Shown here: one piece after another, positions 19,091 to 29,751 of the stretch
How positions within the stretch are numbered: the first letter of the stretch is position 1
Layout: every line of letters begins with the position of its first letter
From: Ignavibacteriota bacterium
GTDB lineage: Bacteria > Bacteroidota > Ignavibacteria > UBA10030 > UBA6906
Direction: 5' to 3'
NCBI GenBank assembly: GCA_963801355.1
Contig: CAWDEM010000004.1
Location: 1,280,001 to 1,344,000 of the forward strand
Length of the DNA stretch: 64,000 bases
Position numbers and translations under genes: made by a program
Notes under the pieces: model-generated
Database searches by the model: none
Told to the model about the DNA's origin: nothing
What the model saw: the letters and a program-made list of their open reading frames with translations, nothing else

Positions 19091-21343
19091 CTAGAACTCA
19101 AGAGAAAGGGAGGCGGTGGGGAAGAAGGGAATCATGTAGTCCGTTTTCCCGGTGTTCCGGTCGTAATACAGGATGTTTTTCTGATCTGTAAGATTGATGA
19201 GGCTTGCCCCGATCGTCCCGCGGAACGTGCCGACCGAGAGTGTGTATGTCAACCCTGCATCCCAGCGCTGGTATGCGGGGAGCCGTGCCGCATTTTTCGC
19301 TCCCAGGGAGCGTGACGGTGATCCGGTGCCGCCGGGGAACGGGTCGGTGCCGACGCCGGAGAGGAGGAGCCGGTCATAGAAGCCCGCGTTCTGGGTGAAC
19401 GGATAACCGCTGCCGTAGTCCCACCGTAACGTGAGCTCAAGCCCGTCCACAACATGAAAGGTCGTCACTGCTTTTACTGTATGCCTGCGGTCGTACCGTG
19501 GGGCATAGGTCACATCGTTCGCACTCACAGTAACGTCGGAGAGCGCATACGAAGCAAAGACGTCCACCAGCGGAGAAGCAAATCGTACGAGAGCTTCCAC
19601 GCCGCGCGCAAGCCCCGTGCCATTGATATAGTCCGGGTCCTCAGCATACACTTTGCGCGCATTGTACAGTGTGAGGGACCTGTAGTCCTTTGTGTATGCC
19701 TGGAGGCTGAGCGCCAGGGAAGGAAGAATGTTTCCCTCCAGGCCCAGGACATAGTGGCGTGCTTCTTCGGGGCGCAGGTCTTCGGGCAAGAATATCCACG
19801 CGTCGAACAGGGAGATCAAATCATCCTCGTTGGTAATCGTGATGAGGTCTTGCGTGAACACGCCGAATGATGCCTTGGTGGTCCAGGTCCGCCCCAGGTC
19901 GTACGAAACAGTGATCCGGGGCTGGAGTCCTTGTCGAAGGAGACCGCCGCCGACCATCGACAGCACGTCAGCGTGTAGACCGAGGTCGTACCCCAGGTCT
20001 CCCCATTTCCCCTGATACCGGACCCATGCGTACCAATCGACCTGGCTATCCTTGAATTCGTTCGGGTAGACGCTGTTCGTAAAGAGAGAATCATCGACGG
20101 AAGGGAAGTTGATTTCGAACCCTTCGAAAAAAGTGTTTTGATTCTCCATGAATGACGTCAGCTCCACTTTGAGTCCGAGCTCTTCAAGTCTCGACGAAGC
20201 GGGTGTGACCGACGCCGCCTGTTTTGGTTCCCGTGTGTTTTCGGCGTACGAGTACGTCACGGTGGCATCGAAGTAGGTCCTGTCGTCGGCCACGCCGGAC
20301 AGAACTGCGGAGAGCGCAGCATTGCGCCAGGAGTGGTTGGGTTGGTCGGGGGCGATGGGTTTGACGTCGTCACCGCTGGTATAGCCCCGGATACCGATTC
20401 TGCCGGTGGAGGTGCCGATCGTGCCTTTGAAAAAGAGATCATAGAAGGAGAGCGGTGCAGGATTTGGCACGAGGCGGTCGATGGCATGGCTGAACAGCGA
20501 TGTGCGTCCGCTGATAAGCCAGGAGTTTTCCTCGGAGAATGGCCCGTCGAGCTCAAGCTTTCCGGAGAGGAAGTTGATGCTCGCATTCCCCGTGATTCTT
20601 GAGAGATTCCCTTCCTTTGTCGTGACATTCACAATCGAGGACAGGCGCCCTCCGTAGCCGGCGGGGAACGCGCCCGTATATACTTCGGCCGAGCGGACGA
20701 TGTCGGGGTCGAGGATGCTGAACAATCCAAAGGCATGAAACGGGTTATAGATCTTCATGCCGTCAAGCAGTATGAGGTTCTGGTCGCCGGCTCCCCCCCG
20801 AACGAAGAATTTCGCGCTGACATCTGATGTTGAAGTGATGCCGGGGAGCATTTGCAGCGATCGCAGGAGATCACTTTGAGCAATGGCAGGAAGGCTCTGG
20901 ATCTCCTTCGGCGTCATCACGTGGACGCTCGCGCTCCGTTCGGTGAGCGGCGAGAGGCCTCCGGCCCGGACGATCACTTCACCTGTTTGAATGACTCGTT
21001 CGGTGAGCTTCAGATTGATTGTGATCGGTTCGGTCCCGATCACCTTGACCGGGACACTACGTCGTTCGTAGCCAACCGCGCTGACGACCATCTCGTAGGT
21101 TCCCGTGGGGACACTGGTCATGATGTAGAAACCACTGTTGTTGGTCGTCGCTCCCCGACGTGTTCCCATGAGCGTGAGGTTCACGCCGAGAAGCCGTTCT
21201 CCAGTGGCGCTGTCGGAGACGACGCCACGGATATCTGCAGCGAGGTCTGGTCCCTCAACACCCCGTGAAAGGGTCTGAGATAAGAGCCCCTCTGATGGAG
21301 CGGCCAGCAGCATGAGGAGAGTAAGGCAACAGATGCGGTTCAC
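19091..21343 (-). CDS. TonB-dependent receptor with carboxypeptidase regulatory-like N-domain
   Basis: IRGVVSDSATGERL, plug VRGGAGDQNLILLDG, FPAGYGGRLSS, C-terminal Phe. Confidence 0.9.
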   Translation of the reverse strand: MNRICCLTLLMLLAAPSEGLLSQTLSRGVEGPDLAADIRGVVSDSATGERLLGVNLTLMGTRRGATTNNSGFYIMTSVPTGTYEMVVSAVGYERRSVPVKVIGTEPITINLKLTERVIQTGEVIVRAGGLSPLTERSASVHVMTPKEIQSLPAIAQSDLLRSLQMLPGITSTSDVSAKFFVRGGAGDQNLILLDGMKIYNPFHAFGLFSILDPDIVRSAEVYTGAFPAGYGGRLSSIVNVTTKEGNLSRITGNASINFLSGKLELDGPFSEENSWLISGRTSLFSHAIDRLVPNPAPLSFYDLFFKGTIGTSTGRIGIRGYTSGDDVKPIAPDQPNHSWRNAALSAVLSGVADDRTYFDATVTYSYAENTREPKQAASVTPASSRLEELGLKVELTSFMENQNTFFEGFEINFPSVDDSLFTNSVYPNEFKDSQVDWYAWVRYQGKWGDLGYDLGLHADVLSMVGGGLLRQGLQPRITVSYDLGRTWTTKASFGVFTQDLITITNEDDLISLFDAWIFLPEDLRPEEARHYVLGLEGNILPSLALSLQAYTKDYRSLTLYNARKVYAEDPDYINGTGLARGVEALVRFASPLVDVFASYALSDVTVSANDVTYAPRYDRRHTVKAVTTFHVVDGLELTLRWDYGSGYPFTQNAGFYDRLLLSGVGTDPFPGGTGSPSRSLGAKNAARLPAYQRWDAGLTYTLSVGTFRGTIGASLINLTDQKNILYYDRNTGKTDYMIPFFPTASLSLEF

Positions 21344-21439
21344 GAGATGTGCACCCTGCCGGACACATGACCGGGCATTACGACGGGCATTGGAATTTCC
21401 GCACCTGTGTGATGGTAAGGATTCGGTGGGGTCGAGGTG

Positions 21440-21512
21440 TAGCCTTAACGGGAATCGAACCCGTATTTCGGCCTTGAGAGGGCCGCGTCCTAGACCGTTA
21501 GACGATAAGGCC
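21440..21512 (-). tRNA. tRNA-Glu (CTC)
   Basis: GGCCTTATCGTCTAACGG...CGGCC-CT-CTC-AA-GGCCG...GGTTCGATTCCCG; CCA not encoded. Confidence 0.95.
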
Positions 21513-21522
21513 GGAACAATCG

Positions 21523-21593
21523 CTGCCCCGCAAGGATTCGAACCTCGATAAGCAGATCCAGAGTCTGCTGTCTTGCCATTAGACGACGGGGCA
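21523..21593 (-). tRNA. tRNA-Gln (CTG)
   Basis: TGCCCCGTCGTCTAATGG...GCAGA-CT-CTG-GA-TCTGC...GGTTCGAATCC. Confidence 0.95.
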
Positions 21594-21611
21594 AACTTTC
21601 AAAGCGGAGTT

Positions 21612-21640
21612 AATTTACGCAATTCCCTCGAAAGTGTCAA
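21612..21640 (-). promoter_or_regulatory. sigma70 promoter for the tRNA pair (TTGACA-17-TAAATT)
   Basis: Consensus match just upstream of tRNA-Gln. Confidence 0.65.
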
Positions 21641-21651
21641 CGAATGGAGGT

Positions 21652-21681
21652 TCATGCGGTCTCAGCTCATGCGGTCTCAGC
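21652..21681. repeat. 15-bp tandem duplication TCATGCGGTCTCAGC x2
   Basis: Exact direct repeat between two divergent promoters. Confidence 0.8.
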
Positions 21682-21690
21682 GTGGATTCC

Positions 21691-21719
21691 TTGACTTTCC
21701 AGTTGGTTTACCCTATGTT
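21691..21719 (+). promoter_or_regulatory. sigma70 promoter (TTGACT-17-TATGTT)
   Basis: Consensus match upstream of the OmpA-family gene. Confidence 0.6.
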
Positions 21720-21757
21720 CATATGATCTAGTTCATACTATGCCAGGGAGGTTGGCC

Positions 21758-23299
21758 ATGGACAGGCTGTTTTCCACAATCCTTGTCATGAGCCTCTGTG
21801 CTCTCATGCTCTCGGGGAGCGCGGTTGCGCAAAACACTGATGGACGCTGGGCGATCGGGGTTCTGGGCGGCTTCAATACCTGGGCGAGTGACCTTAACGT
21901 TCAGAAATTCGGGCCGGGCGGCACGCTGAGTATTCGCTACGGCCTCACTCCGGTCTTCTCCCTCGGGTTGTCCGGCGGGTTGGATGTGCTCAAAACCTTC
22001 CAGGATGGCCCCTTGCCCGGATTGCCCTACTCCTACCTCCATGTTGATGCATATCCAATCTCCCTCTCGGGATATATACGGTTTGCTCCCTCAGCCAAGG
22101 TTTCCCCCTATGTTCGTTTCGGCGGCGGGATGATGCTGTACGACCGGAAGACTGCAAATGGAGTGCCGGCACCCGATGATCAGCAGCAATCGACATATAT
22201 CATCCCCGTCGGCCTGGGCATCGAAGCATTCACGTCAAGCAGCTTTGCCTTCGACTTTGATCTCGGCGCGATGAACTTCACTGACGCGATGGATCTGAGG
22301 GAAAACTCTTCCCCCGATTTCGGCCTTTCCGCCAAAGTCGGCTTCCACTGGTTCCCCGGCAGGAGCGATGGCGACGATGACGACAAAGACGGTCTGACCA
22401 ACGGTCAGGAACGCAGGATGGGCACAAACCCCCTCCACCCCGACACCGACGGCGATGGCCTGTTTGACGGTGACGAGGTTCAGAAGTTTCGCACGAACCC
22501 GCTACGGGCGGACACGGACGGCGACGGGTTGACCGATGGTGATGAAACCACCAAGTTCCATACCGATCCGACAAGGTACGACACCGATGGCGACGGGCTT
22601 GCCGACGGAGATGAGGTAACGAAGCACCATACCGACCCGCTGAAACCTGACACCGACGGTGACGGCCTGACCGACGGCGATGAAGTGCTCAGATATCATA
22701 CCGACCCTCTCAAAGTCGATACCGACGGCGATGGTCTTTCCGACCGCGATGAAGTCAGGGTACATCGTACAGATCCGCTGAATCCGGACAGTGACGGCGA
22801 CGGGATCGTGGATGGGGAAGAAGTCGCGAAGTATCACACCGATCCGCTGAAGGCCGACACGGACGGCGGAGGCCTGATCGATGGGGCGGAAATCATCCGC
22901 GGAACAAACCCCCTGGACCCCAAGGATGACATCATGAAGGAGACGATCATCCTCGAGCGCGGCAGGGCGGTAGTCCTTCCGGGGATCACATTCCTGAGCG
23001 GCAGCGCGACACTGACGAGGGATTCGGAAGATATGCTGGAGCGGGCCTACGCCGCCCTCGTCACAAACTCCGAGTTGAAGGTCGAAATTGCCGGGTACAC
23101 GGACAATGTCGGTTCCCGGATTAGCAATGAGCAGCTTTCAAGCCGGCGCGCTGAGTCGGTCCGCATGTGGCTGATTGCCAAGGGCATTCCCAGCGGCAGG
23201 CTCACGGCGAAGGGATATGGCATCCGCAATCCCGTCGCGTCAAACAATACGCCTGAAGGCCGGGCCCGGAACCGGCGCATCGAATTCCACGTCAAGTAA
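21758..23299 (+). CDS. OmpA-family protein: OM beta-barrel + Ca-binding DxDGDGLxDGxE repeats + OmpA C-domain
   Basis: About 8 DTDGDGLTDGDE repeats; IAGYTDNVG...NEQLSSRRA...GRARNRRIEF; SD GGGAGG. Confidence 0.9.
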   Translation: MDRLFSTILVMSLCALMLSGSAVAQNTDGRWAIGVLGGFNTWASDLNVQKFGPGGTLSIRYGLTPVFSLGLSGGLDVLKTFQDGPLPGLPYSYLHVDAYPISLSGYIRFAPSAKVSPYVRFGGGMMLYDRKTANGVPAPDDQQQSTYIIPVGLGIEAFTSSSFAFDFDLGAMNFTDAMDLRENSSPDFGLSAKVGFHWFPGRSDGDDDDKDGLTNGQERRMGTNPLHPDTDGDGLFDGDEVQKFRTNPLRADTDGDGLTDGDETTKFHTDPTRYDTDGDGLADGDEVTKHHTDPLKPDTDGDGLTDGDEVLRYHTDPLKVDTDGDGLSDRDEVRVHRTDPLNPDSDGDGIVDGEEVAKYHTDPLKADTDGGGLIDGAEIIRGTNPLDPKDDIMKETIILERGRAVVLPGITFLSGSATLTRDSEDMLERAYAALVTNSELKVEIAGYTDNVGSRISNEQLSSRRAESVRMWLIAKGIPSGRLTAKGYGIRNPVASNNTPEGRARNRRIEFHVK

Positions 23300-23313
23300 A
23301 CCCTGCAACGTTT

Positions 23314-23361
23314 GCTCCTCCGTCCGGCCGACTCACAACGGACGGGGGAGCGTTGTTTTTT
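23314..23361 (+). terminator. Rho-independent terminator
   Basis: GCTCCTCCGTCCG...CGGACGGGGGAGC followed by a T-run. Confidence 0.6.
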
Positions 23362-23388
23362 GACTTTCTGCCTCCCTTTTGGTACTTT
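23360..23388 (+). promoter_or_regulatory. sigma70 promoter (TTGACT-17-TACTTT)
   Basis: Consensus match upstream of psd. Confidence 0.55.
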
Positions 23389-23438
23389 ACCATGATGAAA
23401 TGCTTCGCAAATGCTGTTGTTCAACAGGGCCCTCCCCG

Positions 23439-24098
23439 GTGATAACACGCTACGGCTACGATGTGGTCGGCGTGGTTGTGGTTTTGTGTCTCGTTGGTTT
23501 CCTGATTTCCTGGTTCCTCCTTGACGCTCGCGCCATGAAGGGTTCTGTGGCGGTTGTGTCACTTATTGTACTCGTATTCACGCTCTTCTTCTTCCGGGAC
23601 CCTGAGAGAACCGCCCCGGAAGGATCCGATCTGGTTGTCGCCCCCGCAGATGGCAAAGTGTTGTTTGTGCGGGATGTGACCGACGATGAGTACCTGCACG
23701 GAGCCGCAATCCAGGTCAGCATATTCATGTCTCCGCTCAATGTTCACGTCAATCGATTCCCGGTTTCCGGCACTGTGGAATACTTCCGGCACTTTCCGGG
23801 AGAGCATATGGTGGCATTTGACGAAAAGGCCTCTGTGCGAAATGAACGCACGCATATTGGTATCGCACATCCACGCGGGCACGTGCTCTTCAAGCAAATT
23901 GCCGGATTTGTCGCCCGCCGGATAGTCGCGGAGGTGCACGAAGGCGATACGGCGGTGGCCGGGGCCCGGTTCGGTATGATCAAGTTCGGTTCGCGCGTTG
24001 ACGTCATTCTTCCGCGGTCGGTCTCCGTACGCGTCAAGGCCGGGGACAGGACCGTGGCGGGAGAGACGGTGCTTGCTCATTTTTCCACAGCCGGATAG
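23439..24098 (+). CDS. psd: Phosphatidylserine decarboxylase
   Basis: FFRDPER, SIFMSPLNVHVNR, GMIKFGSRVD self-cleavage motif; GTG start inferred. Confidence 0.92.
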   Translation: MITRYGYDVVGVVVVLCLVGFLISWFLLDARAMKGSVAVVSLIVLVFTLFFFRDPERTAPEGSDLVVAPADGKVLFVRDVTDDEYLHGAAIQVSIFMSPLNVHVNRFPVSGTVEYFRHFPGEHMVAFDEKASVRNERTHIGIAHPRGHVLFKQIAGFVARRIVAEVHEGDTAVAGARFGMIKFGSRVDVILPRSVSVRVKAGDRTVAGETVLAHFSTAG

Positions 24099-24102
24099 GC
24101 CA

Positions 24103-24870
24103 ATGAGAATCACACGTGCGGTCGTTCCCAGTCTCTTTACCGTGCTGAACATGTTTTCCGGCTTCATGTCCATTATCCATGCGAGCCACAATGAATTCAT
24201 TCCCGCCTGCTGGTTTATCGTCCTGGCGGCGGGATTCGATGCGCTCGACGGCATCATGGCGCGCATCACGAAGTCTACATCGCAGTTCGGCGTCGAGATC
24301 GACTCGCTGTCGGATGTTGTCTCGTTCGGTGCGGCGCCGGCGTTTCTGGTGTATCAGTATGGGCTCGGCTCGATGGACGGGCTCGGGATTTTCCTCAGTT
24401 CGCTGTTGATGATCTTTGCGGGCCTGCGGCTCGCGCGCTTCAACGTGCAGCTCGTCGGTTTCGACAAGGACCATTTTGTGGGCCTGCCGGTCCCCGTCAG
24501 CGCCATTACGGTTGCTTCCTTCATCATCAACGCCGTGAACGGCATCGAGCCGTTCACAGCCATTGCGCCGGCGGTGCTCCCGTGGCTGACCGTGGTGCTG
24601 GCATTCCTGATGGTGAGCAAGGTCCGCTACGATACGCTTCCGAAGGTCTCGGCGCGGGCCATACGGAAGGAGCCGTGGAAGTTCATATTTTTCGCCCTTG
24701 CGGCGATCGTGGTGTCGGTCACGGCAGGAAGTGCGATCTTTCCGCTGTTCATGCTGTTTATCCTGATAGGACTGATCCGGTACCTGGGAAGCGCCGTGAA
24801 GAGGCTCGTCCATGCCGGACCGTCGTATGAAGGGGAGGAGCGCATCGGTCATTCACGTGTAGATTCCTGA
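24103..24870 (+). CDS. pssA: CDP-diacylglycerol--serine O-phosphatidyltransferase
   Basis: DALDGIMAR...FGVEIDSLSDVVSFGAAPA, LRLARFN. Confidence 0.92.
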   Translation: MRITRAVVPSLFTVLNMFSGFMSIIHASHNEFIPACWFIVLAAGFDALDGIMARITKSTSQFGVEIDSLSDVVSFGAAPAFLVYQYGLGSMDGLGIFLSSLLMIFAGLRLARFNVQLVGFDKDHFVGLPVPVSAITVASFIINAVNGIEPFTAIAPAVLPWLTVVLAFLMVSKVRYDTLPKVSARAIRKEPWKFIFFALAAIVVSVTAGSAIFPLFMLFILIGLIRYLGSAVKRLVHAGPSYEGEERIGHSRVDS

Positions 24871-24880
24871 AAGAGCTCCC

Positions 24881-25132
24881 ATGGTTCGTTCCCGCATTCA
24901 TATCACATTGCGTCCCTCTATCCTGGATCCGCAGGGCAAAGCAGTGTCGCATGCGATCGGCTCGCTCGGGGTCGCCGGCGTACAATCCGTCCGCATGGGC
25001 AAGTATATCGAAGTGACCTTTGATGGGAGCGATGTTGACGGGGCGCGCGCCGCGACTGAAGAAATTTGCAGGAAACTGTTGGCGAATCCGGTGATGGAAG
25101 ACTACCGGTTTGACGTGGAGAGCGTAGCGTGA
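24881..25132 (+). CDS. purS: FGAM synthase subunit PurS
   Basis: ILDPQGKAV...VRMGKY...[10 protein letters not shown]. Confidence 0.95.
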   Translation: MVRSRIHITLRPSILDPQGKAVSHAIGSLGVAGVQSVRMGKYIEVTFDGSDVDGARAATEEICRKLLANPVMEDYRFDVESVA

Positions 25133-25878
25133 AGAACGGTCTGGTGCGATTCGGGGTGGTGGTGTTTCCGGGGTCGAACTGCGACCACGATGCCTACCAG
25201 GTGTGCAAGAAGATCCTCGGTCAGGATGCGGTCTTTCTCTGGCACAAGGAGCATTCGTTGCAGGACGTGGACGCGGTGATTTTGCCCGGAGGGTTTTCCT
25301 ATGGGGATTATCTGCGGTGCGGGGCGATAGCACGTTTTTCGCCCGTCATGCGGGAAGTGACGGCCTTTGCAACCGACGGGGGATTGGTGATCGGGATCTG
25401 TAACGGATTCCAGATTCTCGTCGAGGCGGGGCTCCTCCCCGGAGTGTTGTTGCGGAACGATTCGCTGCGCTTTGTGTGCAAACACGTTCACCTGCGGGTC
25501 GAGAACGCCTTCACGCCGTTCACAGGGGATTATGCTCCCGGAGAAGTACTGACCGTCCCCATTGCGCACGGTGACGGCAATTATTTCGTGGACGACGGGA
25601 CACTCCGCCAGCTGGAAGAACAGGGGCGGATAGTCTTTCGATATTGCGATGCACAGGGCGCGGTGACACCCGCGGCAAATCCCAATGGCTCGTTGGCCAA
25701 CATCGCCGGCATCATCAATGAGGCAGGTAATGTGTTGGGAATGATGCCGCATCCCGAGCGGGCCTCGGATCCGCTCCTGGGCCATACCGATGGCAGGCGG
25801 CTCTTTGATTCACTGCTCAACCATGTGATGTCCCGCGTCGTGCCGCATGGTTATGGAGAAGGCGCGCAAGTTCACTAA
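25129..25878 (+). CDS. purQ: FGAM synthase glutaminase subunit PurQ
   Basis: [34 protein letters not shown]. Confidence 0.97.
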   Translation: MKNGLVRFGVVVFPGSNCDHDAYQVCKKILGQDAVFLWHKEHSLQDVDAVILPGGFSYGDYLRCGAIARFSPVMREVTAFATDGGLVIGICNGFQILVEAGLLPGVLLRNDSLRFVCKHVHLRVENAFTPFTGDYAPGEVLTVPIAHGDGNYFVDDGTLRQLEEQGRIVFRYCDAQGAVTPAANPNGSLANIAGIINEAGNVLGMMPHPERASDPLLGHTDGRRLFDSLLNHVMSRVVPHGYGEGAQVH

Positions 25879-25901
25879 AGGCAAGTGAGGAGGAACAGGT
25901 A

Positions 25902-26102
25902 ATGGGCAACATCGGCACTACGGAAATCATTCTCATCATCGCTGTGCTGTTCTTGTTTTTCGGGGCAAAGAAGATCCCCGAATTCGCACAGGGCCTTGGC
26001 AAAGGCATCCGCGAGTTCCGGAAAGCCTCGCGGGAGATCCAGGAGGAAATCGATACGGAGTCCAAAAAGCTGGACAGCAAGACTCCGGAGCAGAAAGGGT
26101 AA
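25902..26102 (+). CDS. tatA: Twin-arginine translocase TatA/E
   Basis: IGTTEIILI...FFGAKKIPEFAQGLGKGIREFRK. Confidence 0.93.
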   Translation: MGNIGTTEIILIIAVLFLFFGAKKIPEFAQGLGKGIREFRKASREIQEEIDTESKKLDSKTPEQKG

Positions 26103-26108
26103 CCCACC

Positions 26109-26291
26109 GTGTTGTTCGACAACATCGGCGGCTCGGAACTCCTCGTCGTCATGCTGGTGGTCTTTATCTTTTTCGGGCCCAAGAAGCTGCCCGAAATGGG
26201 AAAGAGCCTTGGCAAAGCACTGCGCGAGTTCAAGAGTGCAATGCGCGGTGTAAAAGAGGATCTGGAGAAATCGACCCGGATCGAACCGTAG
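26109..26291 (+). CDS. Twin-arginine translocase TatA/B-family subunit
   Basis: IGGSELLVV...FGPKKLPEMGKSLGKALREFK. Confidence 0.9.
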   Translation: MLFDNIGGSELLVVMLVVFIFFGPKKLPEMGKSLGKALREFKSAMRGVKEDLEKSTRIEP

Positions 26292-26295
26292 CGAC

Positions 26296-27747
26296 ATGGC
26301 GACGCAAAGGAGCGTGAGCCTGACATCCGCCACATATGGACAGACGCGTCGCGCGGTGGATTCAGGTGTGACAACGTGCGAAGCGACGACACAGAATTTT
26401 CTGGACAGCATTGAGCGCAGGCGGGGGCTGAACGCTTTTCTCTCCGTATTTGGCGAGCGCGCCCTCACCCGGGCGCGGGACATCGACCGGAGACTTGCCG
26501 GGGGACGCGCAGGCCGTTTAGCCGGAATGGTCGTGGGCATCAAAGACGCTCTGTGTGTGAAGCAGGAGCGGTTGACCTGTGCATCACGGATTCTCGGCAA
26601 TTTCGTTTCGCTGTATGATGCAACAGCCGTCGCCCGGCTGGAACAGGAAGACGCGATCATCATCGGGAAGACCAATCTCGACGAATTCGCGATGGGTTCC
26701 TCCACCGAGAATTCCGCGTTCGGTCCCGTGCGCAACCCTGTCGACGAAACGCGCGTCCCGGGCGGCTCGAGCGGTGGCTCCTGCGTCGCTGTGGCGGCCG
26801 GGATGGCGCATACCGCGCTGGGAACCGATACCGGGGGCTCCATCAGACAACCGGCGGCCTTCTGCGGCGTGGTAGGCCTGAAACCCACCTATGGCAGGGT
26901 GTCGCGGTACGGGCTCGTCGCTCTCTCGTCATCGTTCGATCAGATCGGACCGTTTGCCAGCTGCGTCGCCGATGCCGCCCGCGTTCTGCAGGTGATAGCC
27001 GGACATGATCCGCGGGATGCGACATCGGCGTCGGTTCCTGTTCCCGAGTATGCCACATCATTGACGCGCGATGTGCGGGGAGTGCGCATCGGGTTGCCGC
27101 GGGAAGCGTTCGCCGAAGGGCTGAACGCAGAGGTCCGGGCGGCAATTGAAGAGACGGTCGAGCTGTTGCGCCGGGAGGGGGCGATCTTCCGCGAAGTTTC
27201 TCTCCCCCATTCCCGGTACACAATCTCGACGTATTATATTCTGATGACCGCAGAGGCATCCTCTAATCTCGCGAGGTATGACGGGGCCCGGTACGGCCGC
27301 CGTGCCGCCCCCGTCCGCGACCTGTCAGAAATGTATGTGCGCTCTCGCACTGAGGGCTTCGGCGACGAGGTGAAACGGAGAATCATGCTGGGGACCTATG
27401 TGCTCTCCGCCGGCTACTACGACGCATACTATCGGAAAGCTCAAAAAGTCCGGCGTCTTATCCAGGATGATTTCATCGCGGCATTCAGAGAAGTGGAGTG
27501 CATCCTGATGCCGACGAGTCCTACCACCGCGTTCAGCCTCGGCGAGAAGGTCGATGACCCGCTCGCGATGTATCTCTCGGATGTGTATACGGTGTCGGCC
27601 AACCTGGCGGGCGTTCCGGCGATCAGTGTTCCCTGCGGCGCCGACCGGCACGGCCTCCCGATCGGCGTCCAGGTCATCGGCAAACAGTTCGACGAATCGA
27701 TGATTCTCCGCGTCGCCGACACCATTGAGCAGCTGCAGAAACCCTGA
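26296..27747 (+). CDS. gatA: Asp/Glu-tRNA amidotransferase subunit A
   Basis: [48 protein letters not shown]. Confidence 0.97.
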   Translation: MATQRSVSLTSATYGQTRRAVDSGVTTCEATTQNFLDSIERRRGLNAFLSVFGERALTRARDIDRRLAGGRAGRLAGMVVGIKDALCVKQERLTCASRILGNFVSLYDATAVARLEQEDAIIIGKTNLDEFAMGSSTENSAFGPVRNPVDETRVPGGSSGGSCVAVAAGMAHTALGTDTGGSIRQPAAFCGVVGLKPTYGRVSRYGLVALSSSFDQIGPFASCVADAARVLQVIAGHDPRDATSASVPVPEYATSLTRDVRGVRIGLPREAFAEGLNAEVRAAIEETVELLRREGAIFREVSLPHSRYTISTYYILMTAEASSNLARYDGARYGRRAAPVRDLSEMYVRSRTEGFGDEVKRRIMLGTYVLSAGYYDAYYRKAQKVRRLIQDDFIAAFREVECILMPTSPTTAFSLGEKVDDPLAMYLSDVYTVSANLAGVPAISVPCGADRHGLPIGVQVIGKQFDESMILRVADTIEQLQKP

Positions 27748-27821
27748 GCGACTACCGGCTGACGTCAGGATCACAGTGCCGGATCTCACAACGCAACAGT
27801 ACATCATCTCAATGTGAACCT

Positions 27822-28754
27822 ATGAGCATACTCGTCGGCAGGCACACCCGTCTCGTGGTGCAAGGCATCACAGGCGGCGAAGGGACATTTCACACGAAGC
27901 AAATGATGGAATACGGCACAAAGGTGGTCGCCGGTGTCACCCCGGGCAAAGGCGGAACGACCTACGGAGGCACGGATGGTGATCCCTTTCCCAGGCAGGT
28001 GCCGGTGTTCAACACGGTGGCCGCGGCGGTGAAGGCGACGCGTGCGAACACGTCCGTCATCTTCGTTCCGGCCGCATTTGCGGCTGATGCCATGCTCGAG
28101 GCGGCCGATGCCGGCGTGGCATTGATTGTATGCATCACTGAAGGCATCCCGACACGCGACATGCTGACGGCATACGATTTTGTCGCCAGGCGCGGGGTAC
28201 GCCTGATCGGTCCCAACTGCCCCGGTATCATATCTCCGGGGCTGGCTAAGGTCGGCATAATGCCCGGTTTCATTCATAAGAAGGGAAATGTGGGCGTGGT
28301 ATCGAGGAGCGGCACATTGACGTACGAGGCTGTCTGGCAGTTGACCGAGCGCGGGATCGGGCAGTCGACCTGCATAGGCATCGGCGGTGATCCGGTCATC
28401 GGAACCCGCTTCCTGGATGCTCTCAAGTTGTTCAACGATGATCCTGGAACCGCCGGTGTTGTGCTCATCGGAGAAATCGGCGGGACGGCGGAAGAAGAAG
28501 CGGCTGCTTACGTGCGCAAGAACATGAAGAAGCCGGTCGTCGGATTCATTGCCGGGCGGACAGCCCCTCCCGGGCGGCGCATGGGACATGCGGGGGCGAT
28601 CATCTCCGGCGGCAAGGGAACCGCCGAGGAGAAAATGACCGCGATGAAGAAAGCAGGCATCTATGTCGTCGAGAGCCCTGCGCTGATTGGTGAGACAATG
28701 GCGCGCGCGCTGAAATCGGCAAAGGCCAAACCGAGGAAATCCCATGGCCATTGA
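27822..28754 (+). CDS. sucD: Succinyl-CoA synthetase alpha subunit
   Basis: [30 protein letters not shown]. Confidence 0.97.
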   Translation: MSILVGRHTRLVVQGITGGEGTFHTKQMMEYGTKVVAGVTPGKGGTTYGGTDGDPFPRQVPVFNTVAAAVKATRANTSVIFVPAAFAADAMLEAADAGVALIVCITEGIPTRDMLTAYDFVARRGVRLIGPNCPGIISPGLAKVGIMPGFIHKKGNVGVVSRSGTLTYEAVWQLTERGIGQSTCIGIGGDPVIGTRFLDALKLFNDDPGTAGVVLIGEIGGTAEEEAAAYVRKNMKKPVVGFIAGRTAPPGRRMGHAGAIISGGKGTAEEKMTAMKKAGIYVVESPALIGETMARALKSAKAKPRKSHGH

Positions 28755-29172
28755 ACGAACACTCGCGATACTCAAACCGGACTGTGTCCGGAAGAATCTC
28801 CAGGGTGAAGTCATCTCCCGCATTCAGAAAGCAGGATTCAAGATTCTCGGCATGAAGATGGTGCGGTTGAGCCCGGCCAGCGCCGGCGCATTCTACGCCG
28901 TCCACGCAGGCCGCCCCTTCTTCACCGGTCTCGTGGAGTTCATGTGCAGCGGCGCTTGCATGCCGGTTGCGCTCGAGAAGGAAAATGCGGTGGACGACTT
29001 CCGCACGCTGATCGGGAAGACCGATCCTGCCGAAGCCGCTCCAGGAACTATCCGCAAACTCTTTGCAGACAGCAAGGGCGAGAACATCGTCCACGGATCC
29101 GACTCACCCGCGAACGGCACCATCGAGATCGCCTTCTTTTTCCCGGAAAAAGAGCTTGCGGAAAACAGGTAG
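28744..29172 (+). CDS. ndk: Nucleoside diphosphate kinase
   Basis: [23 protein letters not shown]. Confidence 0.97.
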   Translation: MAIERTLAILKPDCVRKNLQGEVISRIQKAGFKILGMKMVRLSPASAGAFYAVHAGRPFFTGLVEFMCSGACMPVALEKENAVDDFRTLIGKTDPAEAAPGTIRKLFADSKGENIVHGSDSPANGTIEIAFFFPEKELAENR

Positions 29173-29202
29173 CGGACTGACCATAGCCCACGGACGCGCG
29201 TC

Positions 29203-29742
29203 ATGGCGCTGATAGCCTGGAAAACGATTTCCCGTTCTATCCAGTTCAAGAATCTCTGGTGGAGCTACGGGCGCGATGCCGTACTCCTGCCTTCGGGGCA
29301 GGAGGGAGAGTATCACTATGTGCATTCCAACGGATCCTCCTGCATTATTCCCGTGGCAACAGACGGCAGAATTCTTCTCGTGAACCAGTTCAGATATCTC
29401 GGGGGGAGGGAGAGTCTGGAATTTCCGTGCGGCGCGGTGAAGGATGGTTCAACACACGACCAGACGGCCTGGCACGAACTCGCGGAAGAGACGGGATACT
29501 CTGCAGTCTCGCTTGTGTGCATCGGTGCCTTCAACCCGTATAACGGTGTCACCGATGAGCTGTGCCGGGTGTACGTCGCCCGTGACCTCCGCGAAGTCGG
29601 GGCATCGCCTGACGACACCGAGGAGTTCGAGCTCGTGACCCTGTCACCCGAAGAAATCGCCGGAAAAATCCGGGAAGGCGCGATCTGGGATGGTATGAGT
29701 ATCGCCGCGTGGTGCATCGCCCGGGAAACAGGAATCATCTAG
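29203..29742 (+). CDS. NUDIX hydrolase (ADP-ribose pyrophosphatase-like)
   Basis: LEFPCG...AWHELAEETG Nudix box. Confidence 0.9.
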   Translation: MALIAWKTISRSIQFKNLWWSYGRDAVLLPSGQEGEYHYVHSNGSSCIIPVATDGRILLVNQFRYLGGRESLEFPCGAVKDGSTHDQTAWHELAEETGYSAVSLVCIGAFNPYNGVTDELCRVYVARDLREVGASPDDTEEFELVTLSPEEIAGKIREGAIWDGMSIAAWCIARETGII

Positions 29743-29751
29743 AATAGTCCC

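Noticed and set aside
21440-21593. tRNAs (and selC at 60667-60765) as integration sites of a mobile element
   Set aside because: No integrase, transposase or duplicated tRNA 3' end was seen in the window.
22370-22930. Periodic DNA repeats suggestive of a CRISPR array
   Set aside because: They are coding DTDGDGLxDGxE calcium-binding repeats inside the OmpA gene; no identical repeats with unique spacers and no cas genes.
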